64,000 nt of DNA from a bacterium (GTDB lineage: Bacteria > Electryoneota > Electryoneia > Electryoneales > Electryoneaceae): contig CAXXKJ010000002.1 of NCBI GenBank assembly GCA_963675295.2, positions 3,520,001-3,584,000 on the forward strand, written 5' to 3'. The first letter of the stretch is position 1; the number at the start of each line of letters is the position of its first letter. Shown here piece after piece: positions 1 through 11,288 of this stretch. A program made the translations under genes and the position numbers. The notes below the pieces were generated by a model. The model made no database searches. It saw nothing but the letters and a program-made list of their open reading frames with translations, and was not told where the DNA came from.

Positions 1-133
1 ATCGTATCGAATTCTCACAGCGATGTACTCCATGATATGGCGTGTCTTTTTGTCTTGCTAACAAGTTGTATTTCTTGCCAGTTGGAGCTAATTTACATAG
101 GTACTTACACAATCACCCAATCAAGAGGTCGAC

Positions 134-1759
134 ATGAAACACGTATGGTCGTTGCTACTCCTCCTTTTTCTCTGCTTCCCTTCCCTTGCTCAACCACCTG
201 AGATCGCCTGGTCTGTCAACGTCGGTGTGGTCATGGAGAGTGTCCGTCCGATAGAACGGGAAGGAGTGATCTGTGCGGGCAGTGGACAACTGGTCCGTCT
301 GGACGATGACGGAAACATTCTCTGGACTCACGATCTCGCGCTATCGCGCTCACTCGACATGGAAGTCTGCATGGACGGTGGTTTCATCATCGGTGGTAGT
401 GCGATGGGTGGCGATAATGCAGGCCGGATCATCAAAACCGACCGGTTCGGAGAAGAAGAATGGCGTTATGATTATGATGGACTCTGGGGTGAATGGTTTT
501 ATGAGGTGACTCAGAATGCGAACGGTAGCATTACAGCTTTGGTAAACGGCGAAAACTCTGCTCAATATGTATTTCGACCAGACGGGACGTTGATTACCAG
601 TTATAGCACCAATAATCATTATATTAAATCTTATCAAAACTGTAATATTGTATTTAATTATTATAGAAACGATTATTATGGTGTTTACTATGATGATATT
701 TGGAAAACAAGTTTTTACGGAAACTCCTGGACACACAGTTTCTCGTTCAGCAATGATTCAAGGTGTTATTCGGCGATACAGACGTCAAATTATCACATCA
801 TTCTGGCTGTCCGCTACGATTCCGAGCAACAGCTGGTCGTGTTCAATCCATGGGGACAGGTTCTTCGCGAACATCCAATCACTGATTTTCCTGGAACCAT
901 CTTTTGGATGCATGAGACAGCCGATCACAAGCTGGTCCTCGCCGGAAGTCGGTCCTATCCCACGCCGGCGACCATGTACATGATGAAAATTGACCAGAAC
1001 TATGAGGTGGAGTGGTCGACAAATCACGTATTTCAGGCCGGGACAACTATAGTGGCCGATTTCTGTGCGACGAGTGACGGTGGGTATGTATTCACCAATG
1101 GCACATCCATTCTCAAATACAGTCCTGAGTTGACGGTCAACATTTCGCCGGAGACGAACGTCGTGCCGTCGAGTGGCGGTACAATCGTCTATGATGTCAC
1201 GTTGAACAGCCGGTTGAACGACGAGGAAACACTCGACCTGTGGCTGCGGGTGTACGGCCAGCATCGCCGAGCACATGTCAGCCATCTCGGCGAGATGACG
1301 ATTGAACCGGGCACAGTGGAAACATACACGGATTCGGTATTGATTCCCGCCTCCCTGCTGGATGGGGAGTATTTCTGTCGTTTCCACGCCGGCAGTTTTG
1401 AACCGAAGATCGTGATGGGATCGAACCGATTTGCCTTCACGAAGGGCGGGTCGGGTGTTGCTTCAGACGATCAGCTTGAGGTGAAGGTTGACCTGCCGCG
1501 TGTGATGTCAGTGGAAAGTTATCCGAACCCGTTCAATGCGATGACGACAGTGCTTGTTGACTTGGCGCGACAAACGGATTTACGTGCTGAAGTGGTCAAC
1601 GTCATGGGGCAGCGGGTGGCGGTGCTCGCGGCTGGACGGTTCGAAGCGGGCGAGTACCGGTTCGAGTTCGATGGCACCGGGCTGAGCAGCGGGATTTACC
1701 TGGTGAATGTTCAGGCCGGACGTGAACGGATACAGCAGAAGGTCATGCTGCTGCGTTGA
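134..1759 (+). CDS. Secreted beta-propeller-like protein with Ig-like domain and T9SS type-A-like C-terminal sorting domain
   Basis: Signal peptide MKHVWSLLLLLF..SLA; repeated 'KxDxxGxxxW' blades; C-terminal YPNPFN...GIYLV...KVMLLR; SD-like AGAGG upstream. Confidence 0.85.
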   Translation: MKHVWSLLLLLFLCFPSLAQPPEIAWSVNVGVVMESVRPIEREGVICAGSGQLVRLDDDGNILWTHDLALSRSLDMEVCMDGGFIIGGSAMGGDNAGRIIKTDRFGEEEWRYDYDGLWGEWFYEVTQNANGSITALVNGENSAQYVFRPDGTLITSYSTNNHYIKSYQNCNIVFNYYRNDYYGVYYDDIWKTSFYGNSWTHSFSFSNDSRCYSAIQTSNYHIILAVRYDSEQQLVVFNPWGQVLREHPITDFPGTIFWMHETADHKLVLAGSRSYPTPATMYMMKIDQNYEVEWSTNHVFQAGTTIVADFCATSDGGYVFTNGTSILKYSPELTVNISPETNVVPSSGGTIVYDVTLNSRLNDEETLDLWLRVYGQHRRAHVSHLGEMTIEPGTVETYTDSVLIPASLLDGEYFCRFHAGSFEPKIVMGSNRFAFTKGGSGVASDDQLEVKVDLPRVMSVESYPNPFNAMTTVLVDLARQTDLRAEVVNVMGQRVAVLAAGRFEAGEYRFEFDGTGLSSGIYLVNVQAGRERIQQKVMLLR

Positions 1760-1788
1760 GGTAATCCAACATCCTGCCGCTAACACAA

Positions 1789-1831
1789 ACACATCGGGGA
1801 TACCTGCATCCAGGTATCCCCGACGTGTTTT
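1789..1831. terminator. Long hairpin between convergent genes (probable terminator or REP-like element)
   Basis: acac-a-TCGGGGATACCTG-catc-CAGGTATCCCCGA-c-gtgt followed by a T run. Confidence 0.6.
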
Positions 1832-1880
1832 TCTCAAGTCTCAAATCTCATGTTTCAAGACTTAAGACTCAGGACTCAGG
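1832..1880. repeat. Degenerate 7-mer tandem array (7 units)
   Basis: tctcaag tctcaaa tctcatg tttcaag acttaag actcagg actcagg; lies just 3' of the stop of the minus-strand gene at 1888. Confidence 0.75.
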
Positions 1881-1887
1881 ACTGTTT

Positions 1888-3714
1888 TTACTGCACCAGC
1901 ATCACCTTGCGGACCTGGTTCAGCTTGCCCGGCACGGTGGCGTGGATGAAATACAGTCCGCTTGCCAGAGTCGACGCGTCAAAGCTGAGGGTGTGCGTAC
2001 CAGCGGACGTCGACCCATTCGCCAGTATCGCGACCTGTTGACCCATGGTGTTGAAGACGGTGACGGTCAGCTCAGCAGATTCCGGCAGGGTGACCTCGAT
2101 GGAGGTGGCGGCGTTGAACGGATTCGGCCACGCATTCGTGAGGGTAAACGCTTGTGGAAGATCCGGTGTGGACGCGAGATCCGGCACCTCGATCTTGCCA
2201 CCAGCCGTCCAATCCGTCACGACCGGACCGTCCGTGGCATCGGCGTGCTTCATGAACCAGAACGAGCTCGTGACATATGGGCCGGCGAAGTAGCCAGCGT
2301 ACCCGTGGAACGTGTAGTCGCCCGCGGGAGCGGTGCCTGGAATATCCTGAGTCAGGTCGGAAACGTGGAAATTCGCCCCCGCCGGCAGGTTAAACGTCTG
2401 CTGGAACAGCGGACCGATAACGTTGCCATTCGGCAACGTGATTTTGGTCCAGTAGGTTGCCCCGTAGAACGGGCGATCGAGGTTGTTGGTCAGATGCACG
2501 TCGTATTCGAGCGTGGCGCCGTACGCCGGAATCGTGACATCGTCGTCGGGAGCAAGCACGAAATCAATGGGGACAAATTCATTTGTCTGGCGGTACCAGG
2601 AAATGCCGGCGGGATTGTAGTCGTGGGCCAACAGCACATCGAATAGCCCGTCGCCATCGACGTCTGCGATATCGGTATCACCGCAGTAATCCAGTCCTGC
2701 GTCGATCACCTGCAATTGCCACAGTGAACCGGTTCCGGTGAGGTTGTCGATCCAATACAGCACACCGTCCAATGAGGATGTCACACTCAGATCGAAATCG
2801 CCATCCTGGTCAATATCCTTCACATCCATCGCGCTGGGGTGGCTGATGAAGTCAGTGATCAGGTGTTCGGTCCAGTTTGCGCCACTGCCATCATTTTCCC
2901 ACCAGATCACTTGGTCCAGGAAAGTCAGAGTGGATACGATGTCGAGATGGCTGTCACCATTCACATCAACCACTTCGATCCCGCCGAAGCTATTATACTC
3001 CTGTGTCGGATCGATCTCATGCTGGGTGAAGACAAGACCATTGCCGGAATTCTCCCACCAATAAAGCCTACTCTCTGTGATGGTGGTAAAGTCGAGGTCA
3101 TTGTCGTGATCGAAGTCGGCAATCCGGATTTGTCCCGGCATGGATGCTTGTTCCAGCACCATGTGCTGGACCCAATCCTGGCCGAGACCGTCGGTGTTCT
3201 CCATCCAGTAGATCTTGTGATCCCAGAACCAGTGCGAGATGACGGCGTCGTTGTCACCGTCGCCATCCATGTCACCGATACCAACAAAGCGACCGTTCGC
3301 TTCGCGCACCAGATCGGTGATGATCCACTGCTGCCAACTGGTACCGGTGCCATCCACGTTCTCGTACCAGGTGACCAGTAGAGTCGGGTAGTCGGACGTG
3401 GCAACCATGTCGATGTCGCCGTCCAGGTCGACGTCCACGCATTGCGTCGAGATCACATCGTCCAGCGTGCTGGTCACGACATGTTCCACCCAGTCGATCT
3501 CGTTGCCTGTCATCACCTGTTCGTACCAGGACACGGTGCCTCTGGTAGTCGTTCCACCGGCAGCGATATCCATATCACCGTCGCCGTCCACATCGGCAGT
3601 CTGGATCTGGCGTGGAACTTCAGTGAATTGGGCTACGGAATTGGCTTCCCAGGTCTGGGCAGTTACGAGGAAAGGAACAAGCAGCACAACGAGGTACATC
3701 CAGAAACGTTTCAT
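1888..3714 (-). CDS. FG-GAP/VCBS-repeat secreted protein with Ig-like domain and T9SS-like CTD
   Basis: Start moved to MKRFWMY (SD GGGAGG upstream); multiple DxDGDGDxD...W.EN repeats; WPNPFN...SGLYFI...KVMLVQ. Confidence 0.9.
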   Translation of the reverse strand: MKRFWMYLVVLLVPFLVTAQTWEANSVAQFTEVPRQIQTADVDGDGDMDIAAGGTTTRGTVSWYEQVMTGNEIDWVEHVVTSTLDDVISTQCVDVDLDGDIDMVATSDYPTLLVTWYENVDGTGTSWQQWIITDLVREANGRFVGIGDMDGDGDNDAVISHWFWDHKIYWMENTDGLGQDWVQHMVLEQASMPGQIRIADFDHDNDLDFTTITESRLYWWENSGNGLVFTQHEIDPTQEYNSFGGIEVVDVNGDSHLDIVSTLTFLDQVIWWENDGSGANWTEHLITDFISHPSAMDVKDIDQDGDFDLSVTSSLDGVLYWIDNLTGTGSLWQLQVIDAGLDYCGDTDIADVDGDGLFDVLLAHDYNPAGISWYRQTNEFVPIDFVLAPDDDVTIPAYGATLEYDVHLTNNLDRPFYGATYWTKITLPNGNVIGPLFQQTFNLPAGANFHVSDLTQDIPGTAPAGDYTFHGYAGYFAGPYVTSSFWFMKHADATDGPVVTDWTAGGKIEVPDLASTPDLPQAFTLTNAWPNPFNAATSIEVTLPESAELTVTVFNTMGQQVAILANGSTSAGTHTLSFDASTLASGLYFIHATVPGKLNQVRKVMLVQ

Positions 3715-3927
3715 GATCAAGCCTCCCGTTTGGATCTGGATACTCATGTGGTGGCACAGTGCGCCGTCCAGCCGACAAAGATCCACCCCCCAAAAACCGG
3801 AAGTTAGCACATTCCCCCGGCTAACTCAAAGCGATACCCGCAGTTTATTGACAATTTACTTGTTGCAATACCCAGAAAACCTCCGGAGACAAGATAAACC
3901 TGAAGCGACGATTTTTCCACGAGTACA

Positions 3928-3958
3928 ACGGGGAAATGCCGTGCGGACATTTCCCCGT
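3928..3958 (-). terminator. Hairpin downstream of LVIVD gene
   Basis: ACGGGGAAATG-ccgtgcgga-CATTTCCCCGT. Confidence 0.55.
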
Positions 3959-3990
3959 AAGTAAATCATATCCAGAAGTTCAGGCAATCG

Positions 3991-6174
3991 CTACCGGACG
4001 AGCGTGATCTTGTTCGTTTGGATGGCCTCGCCGCCCATGCTGGCTTGCAGGAAGTAGGTTCCGCTGGCCAGGGAGGGTGCGTTGAAGGACAAACGGTGCT
4101 GCCCGGCCTGCATGCGGTTATCCACGAGGACGGCGACCTGTTGGCCCGCGAGGTTGTAGACCGTGACCTGCACGTCCGCGGGCGTGGGCAGAAACAGGGT
4201 CGCAGTCGTGGCGGCATTGAACGGGTTGGGGTAGGCTGGGGACAGGGTGAATTCGCCTGGCACAAAGCGAGTTTCAGACTCGGCTACCGGAAGGGCAAGG
4301 CGTCCGCTGTATACATTTACCATCCATGATTCGGCGGTATAGATATAATCTCCCTGAATCGCGACACCAAGCGTGATGCCGGGTGTGGGATAGTATCCAC
4401 GCAGAATCGGACTGGTTGGATTTTGTACGTCAATAATCCGCATCCCGATATCTTCCCTTGTGTTGCAGAGAAATCCATCCTGGAATGCCAGATTGTCGGT
4501 TGAGTAACTGTGATGATATATCTCTTCGGGGTAGTACGGGTCAGTGACATCAAAGATATAGTAACCATAATGCCGGTCGGCCAGAAACAGAATGCCGTCG
4601 TTCAGAACGAGATCCTCTCCATAGTAGGGCGCGTTGTGTTCACTGACGAGGACTGGATTTGCCGGATCCTGAACATCAAATATTCGTAATCCCCAATGCG
4701 GCACAACGAAGTATATATAATTGCCCGCTGCCACAATACATCTGGGGGCGAAATAATAGGAAACGGTCGCCACTTCCATTGGATTGGCTGGATCAGAAAT
4801 ATCAACGATGCTGATCCCTTCGAGGTCGGCTGTTCCGAGGTAGGCGTGTGTTCCTTGCACGGTCACGGATCTGGCTGTTCCACGGGTACTGCAGTGTCCG
4901 ATCTGCGTGATTGAAGCCGGATCTGAAATGTCAAGGATGAGCAGGTCACCCTCCCAATCTGCCAGGAAAGCGGTATTGCCATCGATGCAGACGTCCTGCG
5001 TGTAATTTGGCGTGTCAAACGACCCGACAAAGTGTGGATTTTCTGGATTGCTGATATCCAGTACGCGTAGTCCGCCGTCGTCATCCGTAATGTACGCAAG
5101 GTCGCCCTCAACGATGATTCCATTTGCTTCACCCGGTTTCTCAAACGTACCAATCTGTTCGAATGTGTTTTGATAATTGAGATCAAAGACATGTAACGCC
5201 TTGGGAACGTTTTCGGTAAAGTATAGTTCTTCTTCATAAACACAAACATCCCCAGGGTAATATTCAGTGTAATGTGATGTAATCATAGTTGGATTATCGG
5301 GATCTGCTACGTTAATCATTAGTAGAGCGTTTTCATGGTAACCAGTGCCACTTGTTCGGACAAAAACCCTGTAGTCTGAAGTTTTTATAGATTCGGGACA
5401 ACCAGATAAGCTTATATTTCCTCTGACAAGAGGAAAGTTAGGATTTGTTACATCAACAACTTCCATTCTGTAATCTAATATATCTATTTCCCCAATATAA
5501 ACATAGTTGTCTTGCTTTGCAAGACGCAAAGGACAATATTCCAGTTCAACATATCCAACAGAGACAAGATCATAGGGATCGCTGATATCAACAACCACAA
5601 GATGTTGATTGGTAGAGTCAGTCAAATAGGCATAATCGTCATCTATGACCGCGTCATATATATTTGCATTTGTTGAATACACGCCAATAACCTGTGGGTA
5701 TTCGGGATCACTGACATCAATGATCTGCATTGCATTCTGGCCATCTGCAAAGGCAAACAAGAGGTTATCGCGGATGATGAGTTTATACACATATCCAAGT
5801 GCATAGCTGTATCCAATCTCGACAGGGTTCGCGGGATCGGAGATATCGAACACATAGATATCGCCTTCATACAAACCGACATAGGCATAGCCAGCTGATC
5901 CGGTGGCTGAATATGTGTTTCCCTGAATGGGAACATGACCAATTTCCGTGATCGCAGTGGGGTCCGAAACGTCAAGCAGATACAATCCCGATCGACCAGT
6001 TGTGAGGTATCCGATATCATCGACAACTGAAATTCTGCCCATTCTATAGAGGTAGTCGTCGTACGAACCGACTTGCCTTACCCGCAGGCTGTCCTGTGCA
6101 GAAGAAGGTGAGGTGAACGTGAGGAATACGAAGGCGAACAGAAACGCTGCTGTGGACAAGGTCAACCGATTCAT
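3991..6174 (-). CDS. LVIVD-repeat secreted protein with T9SS-like CTD
   Basis: Start MNRLTLST; many 'GLxIxDISDPxNPxxIG' repeats; YPNPFN...SGTYFL...KITLVR. Confidence 0.9.
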   Translation of the reverse strand: MNRLTLSTAAFLFAFVFLTFTSPSSAQDSLRVRQVGSYDDYLYRMGRISVVDDIGYLTTGRSGLYLLDVSDPTAITEIGHVPIQGNTYSATGSAGYAYVGLYEGDIYVFDISDPANPVEIGYSYALGYVYKLIIRDNLLFAFADGQNAMQIIDVSDPEYPQVIGVYSTNANIYDAVIDDDYAYLTDSTNQHLVVVDISDPYDLVSVGYVELEYCPLRLAKQDNYVYIGEIDILDYRMEVVDVTNPNFPLVRGNISLSGCPESIKTSDYRVFVRTSGTGYHENALLMINVADPDNPTMITSHYTEYYPGDVCVYEEELYFTENVPKALHVFDLNYQNTFEQIGTFEKPGEANGIIVEGDLAYITDDDGGLRVLDISNPENPHFVGSFDTPNYTQDVCIDGNTAFLADWEGDLLILDISDPASITQIGHCSTRGTARSVTVQGTHAYLGTADLEGISIVDISDPANPMEVATVSYYFAPRCIVAAGNYIYFVVPHWGLRIFDVQDPANPVLVSEHNAPYYGEDLVLNDGILFLADRHYGYYIFDVTDPYYPEEIYHHSYSTDNLAFQDGFLCNTREDIGMRIIDVQNPTSPILRGYYPTPGITLGVAIQGDYIYTAESWMVNVYSGRLALPVAESETRFVPGEFTLSPAYPNPFNAATTATLFLPTPADVQVTVYNLAGQQVAVLVDNRMQAGQHRLSFNAPSLASGTYFLQASMGGEAIQTNKITLVR

Positions 6175-6364
6175 GGCGAGTCCCCCTGGTGACCGGATTG
6201 ATAGATCGATGCAGATTTCAGAGTAGCAAACACTTTCTATTAACTTATCCGGCGTATCCCCGATCCGCAACTTCCGAGCGCTCCCTCCCCTTCTCCGTTG
6301 CCGGATTCGGCAGGCTTCAGTATCTTCCGGACCCATCCCACCTGCTGAATGGAGGACTGCACAA

Positions 6365-9067
6365 ATGGCTGGTACCTACAAAGACCCCTACGGCGCGAAA
6401 TCCACGCTGAGCACGAAGTCTGGTGAGTTCAAATACTGGCGTCTGGCGGCGCTGGAAGAGAAAGGGCTTGGCACAGTATCCAAGTTGCCTTATTCGATCC
6501 GTGTGCTGCTGGAAGCGGTGTTGCGCAACAACGACGATTTCATCGTCAACGACAACCACATCAAAGCGCTGGCGGCGTGGGATCCGACGTCGAAAGATCG
6601 CGGCGAGATCCCGTTCAAACCGGCCCGCGTGATTCTGCAGGACTTCACCGGCGTTCCGGCGGTGGTCGACCTCGCGGCGTTGCGTTCAGCGATGGAACGG
6701 ATGGGCGGCGACCCGAAGAAGATCAACCCGCAGGTTCCGGTCGATCTGGTGATCGACCACAGCGTGCAGGTGGATTTCTTCGGCATCGCGGACGCGTTAC
6801 AGAAGAACGAAGCGAAGGAATTCGAACGCAACAAGGAACGGTACGAGTTCCTCAAGTGGGGCGCGAGTGCATTTGATAATTTCCGCGTCGTACCGCCGGC
6901 AACCGGTATCGTGCACCAAGTCAACCTCGAGTATCTCGCGAAAGTCGTGTTCCAGTTCGAACATGATGGCGAACCGACCTTGCTGCCGGACAGCCTCGTC
7001 GGCACCGACTCGCACACCACGATGATCGACGCGCTCGGCGTGGTCGGCTGGGGTGTTGGCGGGATCGAGGCTGAAGCGGTGATGCTCGGGCAGCCGATTT
7101 ACATGCTCGCGCCGGATGTCATCGGCGTGCGCCTGAGTGGCGAACTGCAGGACGGTGTCACCGCGACCGATCTCGTGCTGCGTGTCACCGAGATGCTGCG
7201 GAAGTATGGCGTCGTCGGCAAGTTTGTCGAATTCTTCGGTCCGGGCGCGATCAACTTGAGCCTCGCCGACCGTGCGACAATCTCGAACATGTCGCCGGAA
7301 TATGGCGCGACGATGGGCTTCTTCCCCGTTGACGACGAAACGCTTCGCTACCTGCGCTTCACCGGCCGTGACGAAGAGGCGGACATCACCGAAGCCTACT
7401 GCAAGGCGAACATGCTGTTCCGCACCGACGATGCGCCGGAACCGGAATTTACCGACGTGCTCGAGCTCGACCTGAACTCGGTGGATGCGTCGTTGGCGGG
7501 CCCGAAACGTCCGGCCGACCGGATCGCGTTGCGGGACATGAAGCAGACGTTCAACGAGCAGATTGTCGCTCCGGCGGGAGTGCAGGGTGTCGGGCTCGAT
7601 CCGTCCAAGCTGGGCGACACCGGCACGTACAAGGATAACGGGCACGAGATCGATCTCAAGCACGGCAGCCTGGTGATCGCGGCAATCACGTCATGCACGA
7701 ACACCAGCAACCCGAGCGTGTTGATCGGTGCCGGCCTCGTTGCGAAGAAGGCGGTGGAAAAGGGGCTGAGCGTGCATCCGTACGTCAAGACCAGCCTCGC
7801 GCCGGGTTCGCAGGTGGTGACGGAATATTTGCGCAAAGCCGGCCTCGACAAGCCGCTGGACGCACTCAAGTTCAACCTCGTCGGGTATGGTTGCACAACC
7901 TGTATCGGCAACTCCGGCCCGTTGCCGGAACCGGTGCTCGACGCGATCAATGACGGCGACCTGGTCGCGGCGGCGGTACTCAGCGGCAACCGCAACTTCG
8001 AGGGTCGTGTCAGCCCGCACACGAAGATGAACTATCTCGCCAGTCCGCCGCTGGTGGTGGCGTACGCGTTGGCCGGACGTGTCGACATCGACTTCGAGAC
8101 CGAGCCGATCGGGCAGGATCCGAATGGACAGGATGTGTTCCTGCATGACATCTGGCCGTCAACGCAGGAAGTGAAGGATGCGGTCAAGGCGGCGATTTCG
8201 CCGGAGATGTACCGCGAGCAGTACAGCAACGTCTGGGATGGATCGGAACACTGGCAGGCGATTACGCCACCGAGCGGCGCCATTTATCAGTGGGATGCGA
8301 CGTCCACGTACGTCCAGGAACCGCCGTTCTTTGTCGATATGACGCCGGACCTGCCGCCGTTCGAGGATATCAAGGACGCGCGATGCCTCGCGTTGCTCGG
8401 CGACACGATCACCACCGACCACATCAGCCCGGCAGGTGTGATTTCACGGACCAGCCCGGCGGCGAAGTATCTCACCGATAACGGCGTCGAACCGGCGCAG
8501 TTCAACAGTTACGGCAGCCGTCGCGGGAACGACCGGGTGATGGTGCGTGGAACATTCGCGAATATCCGGCTCAAGAACCGGCTTGCGCCGGGAACCGAAG
8601 GCGGAATCACCCGTCACCAGCCCAGCGACGAAGAGATGACGATTTACGACGCGTCGCTGAAGTACAAGGCGGACAAGACGCCGCTGGTCATCTTCGCGGG
8701 CAAGGAATACGGGACCGGCTCGAGCCGTGACTGGGCGGCGAAGGGAACGTACCTGCTCGGCGTCAAGGCGGTGATCACGCAGTCGTACGAACGCATCCAC
8801 CGCAGCAACCTCGTCGGGATGGGCGTGCTGCCACTGCAGTTCAAGGACGGCGACAGCTACGAATCGCTCGGCATCACCGGCAAGGAACAGTACGATATCG
8901 TGCTGCCGGATGAGGTGACGCCGATGTGCGACGCGACGCTGGTTGTCAAGGGTGACGGCGGGACGAAGGAGGTCAAGCTGACAGTGCGTCTCGATACGCC
9001 GGTGGAAGTCGTCTATTACAAGAATGGCGGCATTCTGCACACGGTGCTAAGGCAGCTGGCGAAGTGA
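6365..9067 (+). CDS. acnA: Aconitate hydratase A
   Basis: [56 protein letters not shown]; 900 aa; SD GGAGG. Confidence 0.98.
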   Translation: MAGTYKDPYGAKSTLSTKSGEFKYWRLAALEEKGLGTVSKLPYSIRVLLEAVLRNNDDFIVNDNHIKALAAWDPTSKDRGEIPFKPARVILQDFTGVPAVVDLAALRSAMERMGGDPKKINPQVPVDLVIDHSVQVDFFGIADALQKNEAKEFERNKERYEFLKWGASAFDNFRVVPPATGIVHQVNLEYLAKVVFQFEHDGEPTLLPDSLVGTDSHTTMIDALGVVGWGVGGIEAEAVMLGQPIYMLAPDVIGVRLSGELQDGVTATDLVLRVTEMLRKYGVVGKFVEFFGPGAINLSLADRATISNMSPEYGATMGFFPVDDETLRYLRFTGRDEEADITEAYCKANMLFRTDDAPEPEFTDVLELDLNSVDASLAGPKRPADRIALRDMKQTFNEQIVAPAGVQGVGLDPSKLGDTGTYKDNGHEIDLKHGSLVIAAITSCTNTSNPSVLIGAGLVAKKAVEKGLSVHPYVKTSLAPGSQVVTEYLRKAGLDKPLDALKFNLVGYGCTTCIGNSGPLPEPVLDAINDGDLVAAAVLSGNRNFEGRVSPHTKMNYLASPPLVVAYALAGRVDIDFETEPIGQDPNGQDVFLHDIWPSTQEVKDAVKAAISPEMYREQYSNVWDGSEHWQAITPPSGAIYQWDATSTYVQEPPFFVDMTPDLPPFEDIKDARCLALLGDTITTDHISPAGVISRTSPAAKYLTDNGVEPAQFNSYGSRRGNDRVMVRGTFANIRLKNRLAPGTEGGITRHQPSDEEMTIYDASLKYKADKTPLVIFAGKEYGTGSSRDWAAKGTYLLGVKAVITQSYERIHRSNLVGMGVLPLQFKDGDSYESLGITGKEQYDIVLPDEVTPMCDATLVVKGDGGTKEVKLTVRLDTPVEVVYYKNGGILHTVLRQLAK

Positions 9068-9074
9068 AGCCAGT

Positions 9075-9102
9075 GCTGAGTGATGAGTCGTGAGTGGTGA
9101 GT
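9075..9102 (+). repeat. 7-mer tandem array (NNTGAGT x4) after acnA stop
   Basis: gctgagt gatgagt cgtgagt ggtgagt. Confidence 0.7.
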
Positions 9103-9110
9103 AAAACAAC

Positions 9111-9140
9111 ACCCCCACAGGTGAAAACCGGTGGGGGTTT
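9111..9140. terminator. Terminator-like hairpin between convergent genes
   Basis: ACCCCCAC-a-GGT-gaaa-ACC-g-GTGGGGGT-tt. Confidence 0.7.
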
Positions 9141-9195
9141 GCTATCGGCGCAATTGAACTGTGCTTCAGGGTGCTGCAGGTGCGCGCCTGACTGC

Positions 9196-9801
9196 TCACT
9201 CTCCGTCGCTGATCGGTTCTGTCTGCGATGCGACGAGCGCCATCAGGCCCACCGACAGGGCGATCCCGGCAACGGTTGACAGGATGCGTTGATTCTTGAC
9301 CCGGGTGCCGTACCCTTCCGCGAAGCCGATCTGAAAGTCAACGCCCTGGCCCGCCGTTTCAGACCATAAGCGGTCGGGCGGCTCGGGTTTGCCCTTGACG
9401 AAGGTGCTGATCAGCGTTGTCAGCAGCAGTGTCAACGACAACGGCGCACCGAGCAGAATGATCGCGAGGGCACTAGGCAGGACCAGGGTCACGGGAACCA
9501 TGGTCAGCGTTCCCATCAGGAACCAGCCCCACGTCGGCCAGCCGATATCGCTCGCCATGCCGACGTCGTACCCCAGTGTGAACTCGTGTTCGTCCGTGAT
9601 CTGCCAATGGGTCTGAATGGTGGTCTCGGTACGGTTGGAAGTATCGAAGTTGGTCATGCCCGGTTGGCTGGAATCCGCGAGCAGGATGTCCAGCTGGACA
9701 TTGTCTTCGATCTGAATGTGGAAGGAATGGTTGTCGGCAAAGGATGCCACGGGTGTGAACAGCAGAAGCAGTGCGAGTGGTACAGACAGCGCCCGGATCA
9801 T
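9196..9801 (-). CDS. Hypothetical membrane protein
   Basis: Signal peptide MIRALSVPLALLLL..SFA; hydrophobic segments in the middle and at the C-terminus. Confidence 0.65.
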   Translation of the reverse strand: MIRALSVPLALLLLFTPVASFADNHSFHIQIEDNVQLDILLADSSQPGMTNFDTSNRTETTIQTHWQITDEHEFTLGYDVGMASDIGWPTWGWFLMGTLTMVPVTLVLPSALAIILLGAPLSLTLLLTTLISTFVKGKPEPPDRLWSETAGQGVDFQIGFAEGYGTRVKNQRILSTVAGIALSVGLMALVASQTEPISDGE

Positions 9802-10196
9802 GTTCTCCCCCACAAGTCAGCCGCGTGCTATTGATGGATATGAATAACCTAGAGCTGAACAATTGACAGAGCAAGGTGTTGCGACCACCCAGCGCATGCG
9901 ACAGCCTGGACTGGACTCCGAGGGAACAAGATCGCCGGTGGCAGACGTGAAACCAACGCGTGCAATGGCTACCAATCTCTGGTCAGCCCCAAGGTCCTCT
10001 CATTTTCAATCGCTGGAGGTTTTCCCACATCTCACTCACATTCCGTGCTAGATTGTTGGGACGACTTAACTGAAATGCCATCAACCAGCGCCAGCGTCTC
10101 CCCAGCCACGGAAGCCCTCGCGCCCACCCCTGCTTTACCAGACCCGACCTCGGCAGGTACGAGCCTGCAGACACGAAGACGACAAGGATTTAGTGG

Positions 10197-11198
10197 ATGA
10201 ACATGAAAGACCTGCAGGTTGCAGTGCGCAAATACACGCAGCCTGATGTGACAAGATCAACCTGGCAGTTGTTGAATACCGTGTTGCCGTATTTCATGTT
10301 GTGGGGAATGATGGTCGCGTCCGTGATTCTCGGCCTGCCTTTATGGGTGACGCTGCTCTTGATTCCGGTGACGACGATTTTCCATATCCGCAGTTTCATC
10401 ATTTTTCACGATTGCTGCCACCGCTCGTTCTTCAAGTCGCAGGCGGCGAATCGTTGGCTCGGCACGATCATCGGGGTGATGACGTTTACGGCCTACGACG
10501 CATGGGCGGGCGAACACCTGACACATCATTCGAGCGTGGCAGATCTCAGCCGTCGTGGCACGGGCGATATCTGGACGATGACGGTCAACGAGTACCAGGC
10601 CGCCTCGAGGTGGAAGCGGTTACTCTACCGGGCGTTCCGGAATCCGTTCGTGCTGTTCGGACTCGGCCCGATCTGGGTGTTCTTCATTTTCAATCGAACG
10701 TTCCAGAAAGGCATGAGCAAGCGGGAACGGTGGAGCATCGCCTTCACCAATATCGCGATTGTTGGCGTGGCGTTGATCCTGAGCCTGGTGATCGGGTGGC
10801 AGAACTACCTGTTAATCAAATTACCGGTGATTTACCTCTCCGGCGTCTTCGGGATCTGGCTGTTTTACGTGCAGCATCAGTTCGATCCGACGCACTGGTA
10901 TGACCCGGAGGATTGGGATTTCTTCACGGCGTCGTTGCACAGCAGCTCCTATTATAAGCTGCCGAAGGTGTTGCAATGGATCTCGGGAAATATCGGACTG
11001 CATCACGTGCATCACGTCAACGCACGCATCCCGAACTATCACCTGCAGGCTTGCCTCGACAACACGCCGGAATTGCAGACCGTGAAGCCGATGACGCTAC
11101 TCGACAGCCTGAAGACGATCCGGATGAATTTGTGGGACGAGGAAAAGCAGAAGCTGGTCAGCTTCGGGTCGCTGCGGACGGTTGGACAAGCGACCTGA
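10197..11198 (+). CDS. Membrane fatty acid desaturase (Bacillus Des-like)
   Basis: His boxes HDCCH, HLTHH, HHVHH; WLFYVQHQF; RIPNYHL. Confidence 0.92.
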   Translation: MNMKDLQVAVRKYTQPDVTRSTWQLLNTVLPYFMLWGMMVASVILGLPLWVTLLLIPVTTIFHIRSFIIFHDCCHRSFFKSQAANRWLGTIIGVMTFTAYDAWAGEHLTHHSSVADLSRRGTGDIWTMTVNEYQAASRWKRLLYRAFRNPFVLFGLGPIWVFFIFNRTFQKGMSKRERWSIAFTNIAIVGVALILSLVIGWQNYLLIKLPVIYLSGVFGIWLFYVQHQFDPTHWYDPEDWDFFTASLHSSSYYKLPKVLQWISGNIGLHHVHHVNARIPNYHLQACLDNTPELQTVKPMTLLDSLKTIRMNLWDEEKQKLVSFGSLRTVGQAT

Positions 11199-11232
11199 CA
11201 GTTCGCTGACTGTACGATTCATTCTGAGATTA

Positions 11233-11264
11233 AATGCCCGACGGCGATACGCTATCGGGCATTT
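11233..11264. terminator. Hairpin between convergent genes
   Basis: AAATGCCCGA...TCGGGCATTT. Confidence 0.6.
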
Positions 11265-11288
11265 CTGTTGATAAGTCTGGATCGCCGG

